In this document: positions 12,175 through 20,973 of the stretch, in pieces
Layout of the letters: each line of letters begins with the position of its first letter
How positions within the stretch are numbered: position 1 is the stretch's first letter
Origin: Thermodesulfobacteriota bacterium
GTDB lineage: Bacteria > Desulfobacterota_D > UBA1144 > Nemesobacterales > JAJCZQ01
NCBI GenBank assembly: GCA_965215275.1
Contig: OZ244044.1
Span: 160,001-224,000, forward strand
Reading direction: 5' to 3'
DNA: 64,000 bases
The notes under the pieces: generated by a model
What the model was told of the DNA's origin: nothing
What the model saw: the letters and a program-made list of their open reading frames with translations, nothing else
The model's database searches: none
Made by a program: the position numbers and the translations under genes

Positions 12175-12906
12175 ATGTCCAATGGTACAGATCAGGGAAC
12201 TTTAACGCAGCGCAGGGACGTCTGGTGGATAGAACCTTTGATCACTGCAGCTGTTTTAGGGGCGTTCGGTATATATTCCACCTGGAGAGCACTGGCTGAC
12301 GAGTATTTTTATACCGACCCTTATCTTTCTCCGTTCTACTCCCCGCTTATTCTTGCAGATTGGTGGCCGTTCTCTCCTGCAATACTGATACTCTGGGCAC
12401 CACTGGGATTTAGAGCGACCTGCTACTATTACAGAAAGGCCTATTATCGTTCCTTTTTCCTTTCTCCACCGGCGTGTGCGGTCAGCCTGATTAGAAAGAA
12501 CAGCAACTACAAAGGAGAATCTGCATTTCCCTATATCTTGCAGAACGTACACAGGTTCTTTTTCTACGCTGCAACCGTGGTCCTCATATTCCTGTGGTAC
12601 GATGCAGTTATAGCTTTTAAGTTCAAAGACGGTATAGGTATTGGTTTTGGTTCAATAGTTTTAACCCTTAACGCGTTTTTACTGACCCTTTATTCCGTGT
12701 CGTGCCATTCGTTCAGGCATTTGATAGGAGGGAAACTTGATGTATTTTCCAGTTGTCCCACCAGGTTCAGACTTTGGGGTGCAGCAAGTGTAATGAACGA
12801 AAGGCATATGTTATACGCCTGGGTCAGTCTGGTGTTCGTTGCCCTGGCAGATCTTTATGTAATGCTGGTTGCCAAAGGGATAATTACAGATGTGAGGTTC
12901 ATATAG
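12175..12906 (+). CDS. Succinate dehydrogenase membrane anchor (single-subunit, Sdh1/Rv0249c-like)
   Basis: Several TM helices, FRATCYYYRKAYYRSF and CHSFRHL motifs; directly upstream of sdhA/sdhB. Confidence 0.75.
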   Translation: MSNGTDQGTLTQRRDVWWIEPLITAAVLGAFGIYSTWRALADEYFYTDPYLSPFYSPLILADWWPFSPAILILWAPLGFRATCYYYRKAYYRSFFLSPPACAVSLIRKNSNYKGESAFPYILQNVHRFFFYAATVVLIFLWYDAVIAFKFKDGIGIGFGSIVLTLNAFLLTLYSVSCHSFRHLIGGKLDVFSSCPTRFRLWGAASVMNERHMLYAWVSLVFVALADLYVMLVAKGIITDVRFI

Positions 12907-12910
12907 TTAA

Positions 12911-14641
12911 ATGGAAAATTTTGAAACGCATATTCACGACATACTTGTGATCGGAGCCGGCGGTGCCGGTTTGAGAGCTGCGATCGAATCATCGGCAAAA
13001 GGTGCGTCTACCGGGCTCGTATGTAAGTCCCTGCTTGGAAAGGCCCATACGGTCATGGCAGAAGGTGGTGTGGCAGCGGCTCTTGCTAACGTTGACGTAA
13101 AAGATGACTGGAAGGCCCACTTTAAAGATACCATGCTGGGTGGAAAAATGCTCAATAACTGGAAAATGCCTTACAATCATGCCCACGAATCACCTGAACG
13201 TATCTATGAACTTGAGCAGTGGGGAGCTGTTTTTGACAGAACTCCTCAGGGAAAGATAATGCAGAGGATATTTGGAGGGCATACGTGGAAAAGGCTTGCG
13301 CACGTCGGGGACAGAACGGGTCTGGAAATGATAAGGACCCTGCAGGACAAGGGTATACACTCGGGTATTGACGTGTATATGGAATGTACTATTACTCATA
13401 TCATTAAAGACGGGGATAAAATAGCAGGGGCTTTCGGGTACTGGAGAGAAAGTGGAAAGTTCGTTTTATTTAAAGCAAGGGCGATCGTTCTGGCAACGGG
13501 AGGCGTAGGTAAGGCCTATCAGGTAACGTCAAATTCATGGGAGTATACCGGGGACGGCCACTCTATGGCCTATGAGGTCGGGGCCGAGCTTATCGATATG
13601 GAATTCGTGCAGTTCCATCCGACGGGGATGGTATGGCCGCCAAGTGTGCGAGGCGTTCTGGTGACCGAAGCGGTAAGAGGGGAGGGCGGCATACTGACGA
13701 ACAAGAACGGTGAAAGGTTCATGAAAAAATACGACCCTGACAGGATGGAACTTTCAACCCGTGACGTTGTTGCAAGGTCTATTTATACCGAAGTTCAGGA
13801 AGGAAAGGGTTCTCCGCATGGAGGAGCGTTCCTGGATATATCTCATAAGGGAGCCGACTACGTAAAAAGAAAGCTTCCAAGTATGTACCATCAGTTCAAG
13901 GAGTTTGCTGACATTGATATTACAGAAGAACCAATGGAAGTCTTTCCCACCACGCATTACATTATGGGTGGCGTGAAGGTGGATGGGGACACCTGTGAGA
14001 GCAGGGTAAGCGGTTTGTTCGCTTCCGGAGAGGTGTCGGGCGGAATGCATGGGGCGAACAGGCTTGGGGGTAATTCCCTATCAGACCTGCTCGTGTTCGG
14101 CAAGAGATCAGGTGAAGCTGCTGCCAGCTTTGCGAACGGTAACACGACCCCGGTCTCGATCTCAAAGGACCATATTGAAAGTTACATTAATGAACTCCTG
14201 GAACCTTTTAACAGTTCCACAGGAGAAAATCCTTATACGATACACCAGGAACTTCAGGAGATAATGGGACGGTATGTCGGAGTGTTCAGGACCCAGGAAA
14301 ACATCAAAAAAGGAATAGAGGAGGTCTTAAAGCTGAAAGACAGGGCGAAAGACCTGAAGATAGAAGGTTCAAGGATGTACAATCCGGGCTGGCATCTTTG
14401 CAGGGATCTGAAGTCAATGCTGATCGTATCGGAAGCGATCGCAAGGTCCGCTCTCCAGCGTCAGGAAAGTCGTGGGGCTCACAGCAGAGTTGACTTTGAA
14501 AATACCGACGATGAAAAATGGGGAAAGGTTAACTCCAGTGTATTTTGTGATGGCAGTGATGGCGAAAGTATGAACATAACGACGTCACCTGTCCCGGAAA
14601 TGCCCGGGAAACTGAAAAACCTGTTCAAGGAGGCCAGTTAA
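12911..14641 (+). CDS. sdhA: Succinate dehydrogenase/fumarate reductase flavoprotein
   Basis: GAGGAGL, AHTVMAEGG (FAD-His), QFHPTG, HGANRLGGNSL. Confidence 0.95.
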   Translation: MENFETHIHDILVIGAGGAGLRAAIESSAKGASTGLVCKSLLGKAHTVMAEGGVAAALANVDVKDDWKAHFKDTMLGGKMLNNWKMPYNHAHESPERIYELEQWGAVFDRTPQGKIMQRIFGGHTWKRLAHVGDRTGLEMIRTLQDKGIHSGIDVYMECTITHIIKDGDKIAGAFGYWRESGKFVLFKARAIVLATGGVGKAYQVTSNSWEYTGDGHSMAYEVGAELIDMEFVQFHPTGMVWPPSVRGVLVTEAVRGEGGILTNKNGERFMKKYDPDRMELSTRDVVARSIYTEVQEGKGSPHGGAFLDISHKGADYVKRKLPSMYHQFKEFADIDITEEPMEVFPTTHYIMGGVKVDGDTCESRVSGLFASGEVSGGMHGANRLGGNSLSDLLVFGKRSGEAAASFANGNTTPVSISKDHIESYINELLEPFNSSTGENPYTIHQELQEIMGRYVGVFRTQENIKKGIEEVLKLKDRAKDLKIEGSRMYNPGWHLCRDLKSMLIVSEAIARSALQRQESRGAHSRVDFENTDDEKWGKVNSSVFCDGSDGESMNITTSPVPEMPGKLKNLFKEAS

Positions 14642-15370
14642 ATGTCAGAAACGATATTCAGGGTATTCAGAGGTGATGCAAACACTGGTGGAGAAAAAGA
14701 GTACAGTGTGCCCGTGGAAGAAGGTATGGTGGTTTTAGACGCCCTGCATTATATCCAGGCCAATTATGCCCCCGATCTTGCGGTCAGATGGAACTGTAAA
14801 GCGGCCAAGTGCGGTTCGTGCAGCACGGAGATAAACGGAAAACCAAAACTGGCATGCAAGACACGAATAGATCATCTGCCAAAGAACGAGCCCATTACCG
14901 TGTATCCGATAAAAACGTTCCCGGTGATCAAGGACCTTGTAGCTGACGTATCGTGGAATTACGAAGTGAATAAGAAAATACCCCCTTTCTCTCCGGTTAC
15001 AGATAAGCCGTTTGAGATGTACCAGGACGATGTGGACAGAATTCAGGAATTCAGAAAGTGCATTGAGTGTTTTATGTGTCAGAACGTGTGTCACATATTA
15101 AGGGACCACGGCAGAAAGGATGCTTTTTTTGGCCCGAGGTCCATGATCAAGATAGCTGAGCGGGTCATGCATCCGATGGAAAAAACGGACAGAATGGAAT
15201 TTCTGAAGAACAAGGCTGGTGTAGGATACTGTAATATAACGAAATGCTGCACTGAGGTATGTCCGGAAGACATACATATAACTGATAATGCAATAATCCC
15301 GCTTAAAGAGAGAGTGGCAGACAGGTATTTTAACCCGCTGAACTGGGTCCTTGATAAGATCAGAAGATGA
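14642..15370 (+). CDS. sdhB: Succinate dehydrogenase iron-sulfur subunit
   Basis: CKAAKCGSC, CIECFMCQNVC, CNITKCCTEVCP. Confidence 0.93.
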   Translation: MSETIFRVFRGDANTGGEKEYSVPVEEGMVVLDALHYIQANYAPDLAVRWNCKAAKCGSCSTEINGKPKLACKTRIDHLPKNEPITVYPIKTFPVIKDLVADVSWNYEVNKKIPPFSPVTDKPFEMYQDDVDRIQEFRKCIECFMCQNVCHILRDHGRKDAFFGPRSMIKIAERVMHPMEKTDRMEFLKNKAGVGYCNITKCCTEVCPEDIHITDNAIIPLKERVADRYFNPLNWVLDKIRR

Positions 15371-15412
15371 TGAGTTATTTACGCAGTGTTGTAATTTCGG
15401 AGGATAGGCACG

Positions 15413-16576
15413 TTGAACGTTCATGAGTATCAGGCAAAAGAGTTGTTCTTTAAATATGGAATAAATGTTCCGATTGGCAAAGTTGCCACCACGGAGGAAG
15501 AGGCAAGACAGGTCGGAGAGGACCTGAATGCGGAGAAGGTGGTGATCAAGGCACAGATCCACTCGGGAGGAAGAGGTAAGGCAGGTGGTGTTAAGGTCGT
15601 GGATTCAGTTGATGATATTGCAAGAAAGTCTGCTGATATGCTGGGATTAAAGATAGTAACCCCTCAAACCGGCAAGGCAGGAAAACTCGTACGAAAGGTT
15701 CTGATCGAGGAAGCCTCGGACATTGTGAACGAGTTTTATCTAGGGATGGTAATTGACAGGTCAAAAGAGCAGATAGTGGTTATGGCAAGCCCTGAGGGTG
15801 GGACTGATATTGAAGAAGTGGCAAGGAATATGCCTGATCAGATACTGAAGGTCCATATAGACCCTTCTGTGGGTATTTATCCATATCAATGCAGAAAGAT
15901 CGCGTATTTTCTTGACCTGAAAGGTAAGGTCGTTAATAAGTTCCTGTCGATAGTTACAGGGCTTTACGCTCTTTTTACCGAAAAGGATTGTTCACTGGCC
16001 GAGATCAATCCTCTTGTACTTACAGGCAACGATGAGCTGTTGGCCCTGGATGGAAAGTTAAACTTTGATGATAATGCGATATTCAGGCACAGGGACATTG
16101 CAAAGCTGCATGACCCATCGGAGGAAAACAGGCTGGAACTTGAAGCAAAAGAGGTTGGTATCAGCTTTGTGAAACTGGACGGGAACATCGGATGTCTTGT
16201 AAACGGGGCCGGTCTTGCGATGGCTACAATGGACATCATTAAACTGCATGGAGGGGAGCCTGCTAATTTCTTAGACGTAGGAGGCGGTGCCAATGAGGAG
16301 CAGGTGACCAAGGCCTTTAAAATGATATTAAGTGACGACAATGTAAAAGCTGTCTTTGTAAATATATTCGGGGGCATTATGAAATGCGACACGATAGCAA
16401 AGGGTATAATATCTGCAGTTCGTGAAATATCCATTAACGTGCCTCTTATCATCAGACTGGAAGGGACGAACGTTGAGAAGGGGAAAGAAATGCTTTCGAG
16501 TTCCGGACTTAACATACAGACGGGAAACAACATGAAAGATGCTGCCCATAAGGTCGTGAAAGCCGCAAACGGATAG
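15413..16576 (+). CDS. sucC: Succinyl-CoA synthetase beta subunit
   Basis: NVHEYQAK, KAQIHSGGRGKAGGV, NGAGLAMATMD, NIFGGIMKCD; TTG start after GGAGG. Confidence 0.95.
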   Translation: MNVHEYQAKELFFKYGINVPIGKVATTEEEARQVGEDLNAEKVVIKAQIHSGGRGKAGGVKVVDSVDDIARKSADMLGLKIVTPQTGKAGKLVRKVLIEEASDIVNEFYLGMVIDRSKEQIVVMASPEGGTDIEEVARNMPDQILKVHIDPSVGIYPYQCRKIAYFLDLKGKVVNKFLSIVTGLYALFTEKDCSLAEINPLVLTGNDELLALDGKLNFDDNAIFRHRDIAKLHDPSEENRLELEAKEVGISFVKLDGNIGCLVNGAGLAMATMDIIKLHGGEPANFLDVGGGANEEQVTKAFKMILSDDNVKAVFVNIFGGIMKCDTIAKGIISAVREISINVPLIIRLEGTNVEKGKEMLSSSGLNIQTGNNMKDAAHKVVKAANG

Positions 16577-16716
16577 ACCTCTCAAAACCATATTCCTTGA
16601 CAACTCTTTCTTGAGACTTATTTTAGAGGTCGGAGACAGGAAATATATAAAACACGATAAAAATTGAAAATATCAATAAGAAAGTAACACACTAGTACTT
16701 CAGGAGGCTTGTTTTT

Positions 16717-18627
16717 ATGGCAACTTCAAAGATCATTGGAATAGACTTGGGCACCACTAACTCATGTGTAGCTGTGGTTGAGGGAGGTGAACCTAAGATC
16801 ATAATAAACGAGGAAGGTATCAGGACCACCCCGTCCGTAGTTGCGTTTGGCAAAGACGATGAGGTCATAGTCGGCGGGTCGGCAAAAAGGCAGGCCGTGG
16901 TTAATTCAAAGAACACGATATATTCAAACAAGAGACTTATGGGAATGAGGTTCGAGGAAGTGGAAAAAGAGGCCAAGACCCTGTCCTACGACGTTGTAAA
17001 ATCCCCCAATGGGGACGCGTGGCTTGAGGTTGAAGGTAAACAGTACTCACCTCCTCAGATATCATCACACATTCTGACGAAACTGAAAAAAGCTGCAGAG
17101 GATTATCTTGGTTCAGAGGCAAAGGAGGCGGTGGTAACGGTGCCGGCTTACTTCAACGACAGCCAGAGACAGGCAACTAAGGACGCCGGCAAGATAGCGG
17201 GATTAGAGGTTAAGAGGATCATCAATGAACCTACTGCGGCGGCTCTCTCTTATGGGTTCGATAAGAAGAGCGAAGGGATAATAGCAGTTTACGACTTAGG
17301 GGGAGGGACCTTTGATATCTCTATACTTGAAGTCGGGGATAACGTGATCGAGGTTAAATCCACTAATGGAGATACACATCTGGGAGGCGATGATTTCGAT
17401 AAGAAGATCATCGAATACATAATAGATGAGTTTAAAAAAGATTCAGGAGTTGATCTGAGTAAAGACAAAATGGCGATCCAGAGACTCAGGGAATCGGCAG
17501 AAAAAGCAAAAATAGAACTTTCAAGTACTTTGGAGACCGAAATAAACCTGCCTTTTATAACGGCAGATGCATCAGGTCCGAAACATTTAGTAATGAAGAT
17601 CACCTGCTCGAAGTTCGAGCAGCTGACGGAGGACCTGGTCAAGCAAACCCTTAAACCATGCAGGCAGGCTTTAAAGGACGCCGGGTTAAAGGCTTCGGAT
17701 ATCTCTGAAGTGATCCTGGTCGGAGGATCTACCAGGATTCCGCTTGTTCAGAGAACGGTGACCGAGTTCTTTGGTAAGGAACCCCATAAGGGTATTAACC
17801 CTGATGAGGTCGTGGCAATGGGTGCAGCGATCCAGGGTGCTGTTCTTGGAGGGGACGTAAGGGACGTGCTGCTTCTTGACGTAACGCCTTTATCTCTCGG
17901 TATTGAAACGCTGGGTGGGGTGATGACACCTATCATATCCAGAAATACGACTATCCCTACTAAAAAAAGCCAGGTGTTCACAACGGCAGAGGATAATCAG
18001 ACCGCAGTTGATATTCACGTCCTTCAGGGTGAACGTCAGATGGCTTCAGACAACAGAACGCTGGCTAAGTTCATTCTTGACGGCATTCCTCCGGCATCAC
18101 GGGGCGTGCCTCAGATCGAAGTGGCGTTCGATATCGATGCTGACGGGATACTGCACGTTTATGCCAAGGATACGGCAACGGGTAAGGAACAGAAAGTAAA
18201 GGTCGAAGCATCAAGTGGGCTTTCCAAGGAAGAAGTGAACAAGATGGTGGAAGAAGCTGAAGTGAAATCTGAAGAAGATAAGAAAAGACACGAAGCCGTT
18301 GAAAAGAGAAACAAGCTGGACGAACTTATTTACAGGACTGAAAAGAACTTCAAGGACATGCAGGACAAACTGTCCGACCAGGAAAAGAAAGAACTTGAAG
18401 ATGCACTTGAGGAAGGGAAAAAGACCCTTCAGTCCGATGAAGCAGGCAAGATAGATGAAGTAACCGAGAGAATTACACAGGCATCACATAAACTGGCTGA
18501 AATGGTGTATAAACAGCAATCAGAAGGTCAGGGTCAAGAGGAACAAAAGGATACGAGCGAACAGAAGGGAACGGACGAAACTAAAAATGACGATGTAATA
18601 GATGCTGAATTTACAGAGAATAAATAG
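16717..18627 (+). CDS. dnaK: Chaperone DnaK
   Basis: [32 protein letters not shown] tail. Confidence 0.98.
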   Translation: MATSKIIGIDLGTTNSCVAVVEGGEPKIIINEEGIRTTPSVVAFGKDDEVIVGGSAKRQAVVNSKNTIYSNKRLMGMRFEEVEKEAKTLSYDVVKSPNGDAWLEVEGKQYSPPQISSHILTKLKKAAEDYLGSEAKEAVVTVPAYFNDSQRQATKDAGKIAGLEVKRIINEPTAAALSYGFDKKSEGIIAVYDLGGGTFDISILEVGDNVIEVKSTNGDTHLGGDDFDKKIIEYIIDEFKKDSGVDLSKDKMAIQRLRESAEKAKIELSSTLETEINLPFITADASGPKHLVMKITCSKFEQLTEDLVKQTLKPCRQALKDAGLKASDISEVILVGGSTRIPLVQRTVTEFFGKEPHKGINPDEVVAMGAAIQGAVLGGDVRDVLLLDVTPLSLGIETLGGVMTPIISRNTTIPTKKSQVFTTAEDNQTAVDIHVLQGERQMASDNRTLAKFILDGIPPASRGVPQIEVAFDIDADGILHVYAKDTATGKEQKVKVEASSGLSKEEVNKMVEEAEVKSEEDKKRHEAVEKRNKLDELIYRTEKNFKDMQDKLSDQEKKELEDALEEGKKTLQSDEAGKIDEVTERITQASHKLAEMVYKQQSEGQGQEEQKDTSEQKGTDETKNDDVIDAEFTENK

Positions 18628-18748
18628 TCTCGTTCCACGTATACCACTTGAAGTTATTTTCTGACATATGAATAAACCTGTATGGGAAGTTTTGGTTACG
18701 TTTGATCTTAATGATGAATACTGTATTTAGAAGGGTCAGGAAGGGCAG

Positions 18749-19501
18749 ATGGCTTTCGGTGATGGTAAGATCTCTGAAGAAATGAAACAGAAAGATATAA
18801 ATGATGAAGCTAATGGGTTGGAAGGGGCTGATATTAAAATCAGCGGTGAAAACTCAAAAAGAATGGAAAAGATCCTGAAGCACTGTGAGCAGGTCTCACC
18901 TGAAGGTTCAAAGAAGATAGGAGAACTGCTGCAGCGTTGGGGGCAGGTCTCACCTGAAGATTCAAAAAGGGTAGAAGAACTGTTACAGCATTGGGAACCG
19001 GTTTCAGAGGCTTTAGATGATCGTTTTGTAAGACTTAATGCAGATTTTGATAATTATAGAAGACGCGTATGGAAGGAAAAAGATGATATTTCCAAGTATG
19101 GTAATGAAGAATTAATAAAGGAACTGTTAACAGTTTTGGATAATCTGCAACTTGCCGTGGATTATTTTGATCCCAAAGGTAATGTAAATTCACTGTTTGA
19201 AGGCGTGAAGCTGGTACAGAACCAATTGATGACCACCCTTAAAAAGTTCGGATTGACCACCGTTGATATACAGGAAGGCAGCAAATTTGATCCAGAATTC
19301 CATCAGGCGGTTGAAAAGAAAAGTGGTAAAGATGAGCCGGAACTGATACTTGAGGAACGGGCCAAGGGCTATATATTAAATGGCAGACTCGTAAGACCTT
19401 CAATGGTAGTTGTATCGACCAGTGATGAGGCGGATAAAGTAACAAGTGAAGCTGAGGATGTTATAAAAAAGGGTCAAAAAGACAACTCGGAGGAGATGTG
19501 A
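18749..19501 (+). CDS. grpE: Nucleotide exchange factor GrpE with N-terminal tandem repeats
   Basis: RLNADFDNYRRR, FDPEFHQAV, KGYILNGRLVRPSMVVV; between dnaK and dnaJ. Confidence 0.9.
   Translation: MAFGDGKISEEMKQKDINDEANGLEGADIKISGENSKRMEKILKHCEQVSPEGSKKIGELLQRWGQVSPEDSKRVEELLQHWEPVSEALDDRFVRLNADFDNYRRRVWKEKDDISKYGNEELIKELLTVLDNLQLAVDYFDPKGNVNSLFEGVKLVQNQLMTTLKKFGLTTVDIQEGSKFDPEFHQAVEKKSGKDEPELILEERAKGYILNGRLVRPSMVVVSTSDEADKVTSEAEDVIKKGQKDNSEEM
18854..19012 (+). repeat. Three imperfect 54-bp (18-aa) tandem repeats inside grpE
   Basis: SKRMEKILKHCEQVSPEG / SKKIGELLQRWGQVSPED / SKRVEELLQHWEPVSEA; units start at 18854, 18908, 18962. Confidence 0.85.
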
Positions 19502-19598
19502 TCCGTAGTTGAAAGGTCTGTAATAAGTGAAGGAACGTTTGGATTTGCTGATACCTGAAACTGATTTATGGTTTTAATTAACCTTCTGGAGTTAAACA

Positions 19599-20675
19599 GT
19601 GACCAGAGATTATTATGAAGTTCTCGGTATTGACAGAAGTGCCAGTTCGGGCGAGGTAAGAAAGCAGTACAAAAGACTTGCTTTTGAGTTCCATCCTGAC
19701 AGGAATCCCGGTGATGCTTCTGCTTTGGAAAAGTTCAAAGAGATAAATGAAGCCTATCAAATATTGAGCGATGAGAACAAACGTGCTCAATATGACAGTT
19801 TCGGTCACATCGGTTCTGATTTTGGGTCTAATATCAATGACCTGTTTGGAAACCTGTTTGATGAAGTTTTCAATGGTGGTTTTGGTTCCGACGGTCGTCA
19901 GAAAGGCAGTAATTTACAGTACGAGCTTAAAATAGGGTTTGAGGAAGCTGCATTTGGAGTTCAGAAAGAGATTGAGATCTCCAAAAACGTCATATGTTCC
20001 CATTGCAGTGGTAGGGGAGCATCACCCAGAGGCGAAGACAGATGTAAGGCCTGTAGGGGTAGTGGTTCGGTTGATTACACAAATGGTTTATTTTCTGTCA
20101 GAAGGACCTGTGGTCAATGTAAGGGTAGGGGATATGTAATTACAGAGTATTGTAATGAGTGCAGCGGAAATGGGGTCCTAAAAACTCAACATAAGGTAAA
20201 AGTTAATGTTCCGGCAGGGATTTCCAGTGAATCAAGGTTAAGGATCAGAAATGAAGGAGGACATGGAATTAACGGGGGACCGAACGGAGATCTTTTCGTT
20301 GTTATATTGGTAGAGGAACATCCGATATTTATAAGGGAAGGTAACGATATATGCTGTGAAGTGCCGATAAATTTTATCCAGGCAATGTTAGGTGATAAGA
20401 TTACCATTCCGACCCTGCTGGGAAAGGATAACTTAAAAATTCCACCAGGTACTCTGCACGGTCAGCTTTTCAGATTAAAAGGAAAAGGAGTGGTTGATTT
20501 ACAGACGAACAGGATTGGTGATCTGATTGTAGTAATTAGCGTTGAAATTCCTAAAAAGGTAACATCGAAACAGAAAAAGCTATTAGAGGAGCTTGCCAAG
20601 GATATTGTCCCCGAGCAGTTTAAAAACGTTAATAGTTTTAAAGAGAACTTGGAGAGACATATTTCAAAAAATTAG
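19599..20675 (+). CDS. dnaJ: Chaperone DnaJ
   Basis: J-domain with HPD, four CxxCxGxG zinc motifs, C-terminal domain. Confidence 0.95.
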   Translation: MTRDYYEVLGIDRSASSGEVRKQYKRLAFEFHPDRNPGDASALEKFKEINEAYQILSDENKRAQYDSFGHIGSDFGSNINDLFGNLFDEVFNGGFGSDGRQKGSNLQYELKIGFEEAAFGVQKEIEISKNVICSHCSGRGASPRGEDRCKACRGSGSVDYTNGLFSVRRTCGQCKGRGYVITEYCNECSGNGVLKTQHKVKVNVPAGISSESRLRIRNEGGHGINGGPNGDLFVVILVEEHPIFIREGNDICCEVPINFIQAMLGDKITIPTLLGKDNLKIPPGTLHGQLFRLKGKGVVDLQTNRIGDLIVVISVEIPKKVTSKQKKLLEELAKDIVPEQFKNVNSFKENLERHISKN

Positions 20676-20773
20676 GGGATTACATACTTAATTGCCAAAA
20701 AGCTCAGACTACTTCCTGCACTGACTTTAAAGTTTTGGACAGGTCCTGTCAGTATGAGATATTATTTATCCAC

Positions 20774-20803
20774 TTGACATTCGTTCATAATACTTGGTAA
20801 AAT
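20774..20803 (+). promoter_or_regulatory. Sigma70-type promoter of S8-like surface protein gene 1
   Basis: TTGACA (20774-20779), 18 nt spacer, TG-extended TAAAAT (20798-20803); ATG 9 nt downstream at 20813. Confidence 0.7.
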
Positions 20804-20849
20804 ATAAATGTTATGAAAAATTCAAACATAAAAACACATAGTTCCATTA

Positions 20850-20930
20850 CCCCCCCCCCCATATAAACCTGACCTTTCAGTCTGGTATAAGTATTTTTTA
20901 AGAACAATGTTTAAGATAATCCCCCCCCCC
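20850..20930 (+). repeat. Two poly-C tracts (C11 at 20850-20860, C10 at 20921-20930) in the 5' coding leader
   Basis: Seen directly; each puts a stop codon in frame, and removing one C from each joins ATG 20813 to the downstream ORF. Confidence 0.85.
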
Positions 20931-20973
20931 ATCTAAGTCATTACTTACGTTAGTTTTATTTATTCTGTTTATA

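Noticed and set aside
16577..16716. Possible CIRCE or HAIR heat-shock operator upstream of dnaK
   Set aside because: No TTAGCACTC-N9-GAGTGCTAA or CTTGAGT-N7-ACTCAAG match; only a TTGACA and weak short inverted matches
20738..20750. Palindrome GACAGGTCCTGTC, also at 54881-54893
   Set aside because: Only 13 bp and two copies; the second may be a weak terminator; not enough to call a repeat family
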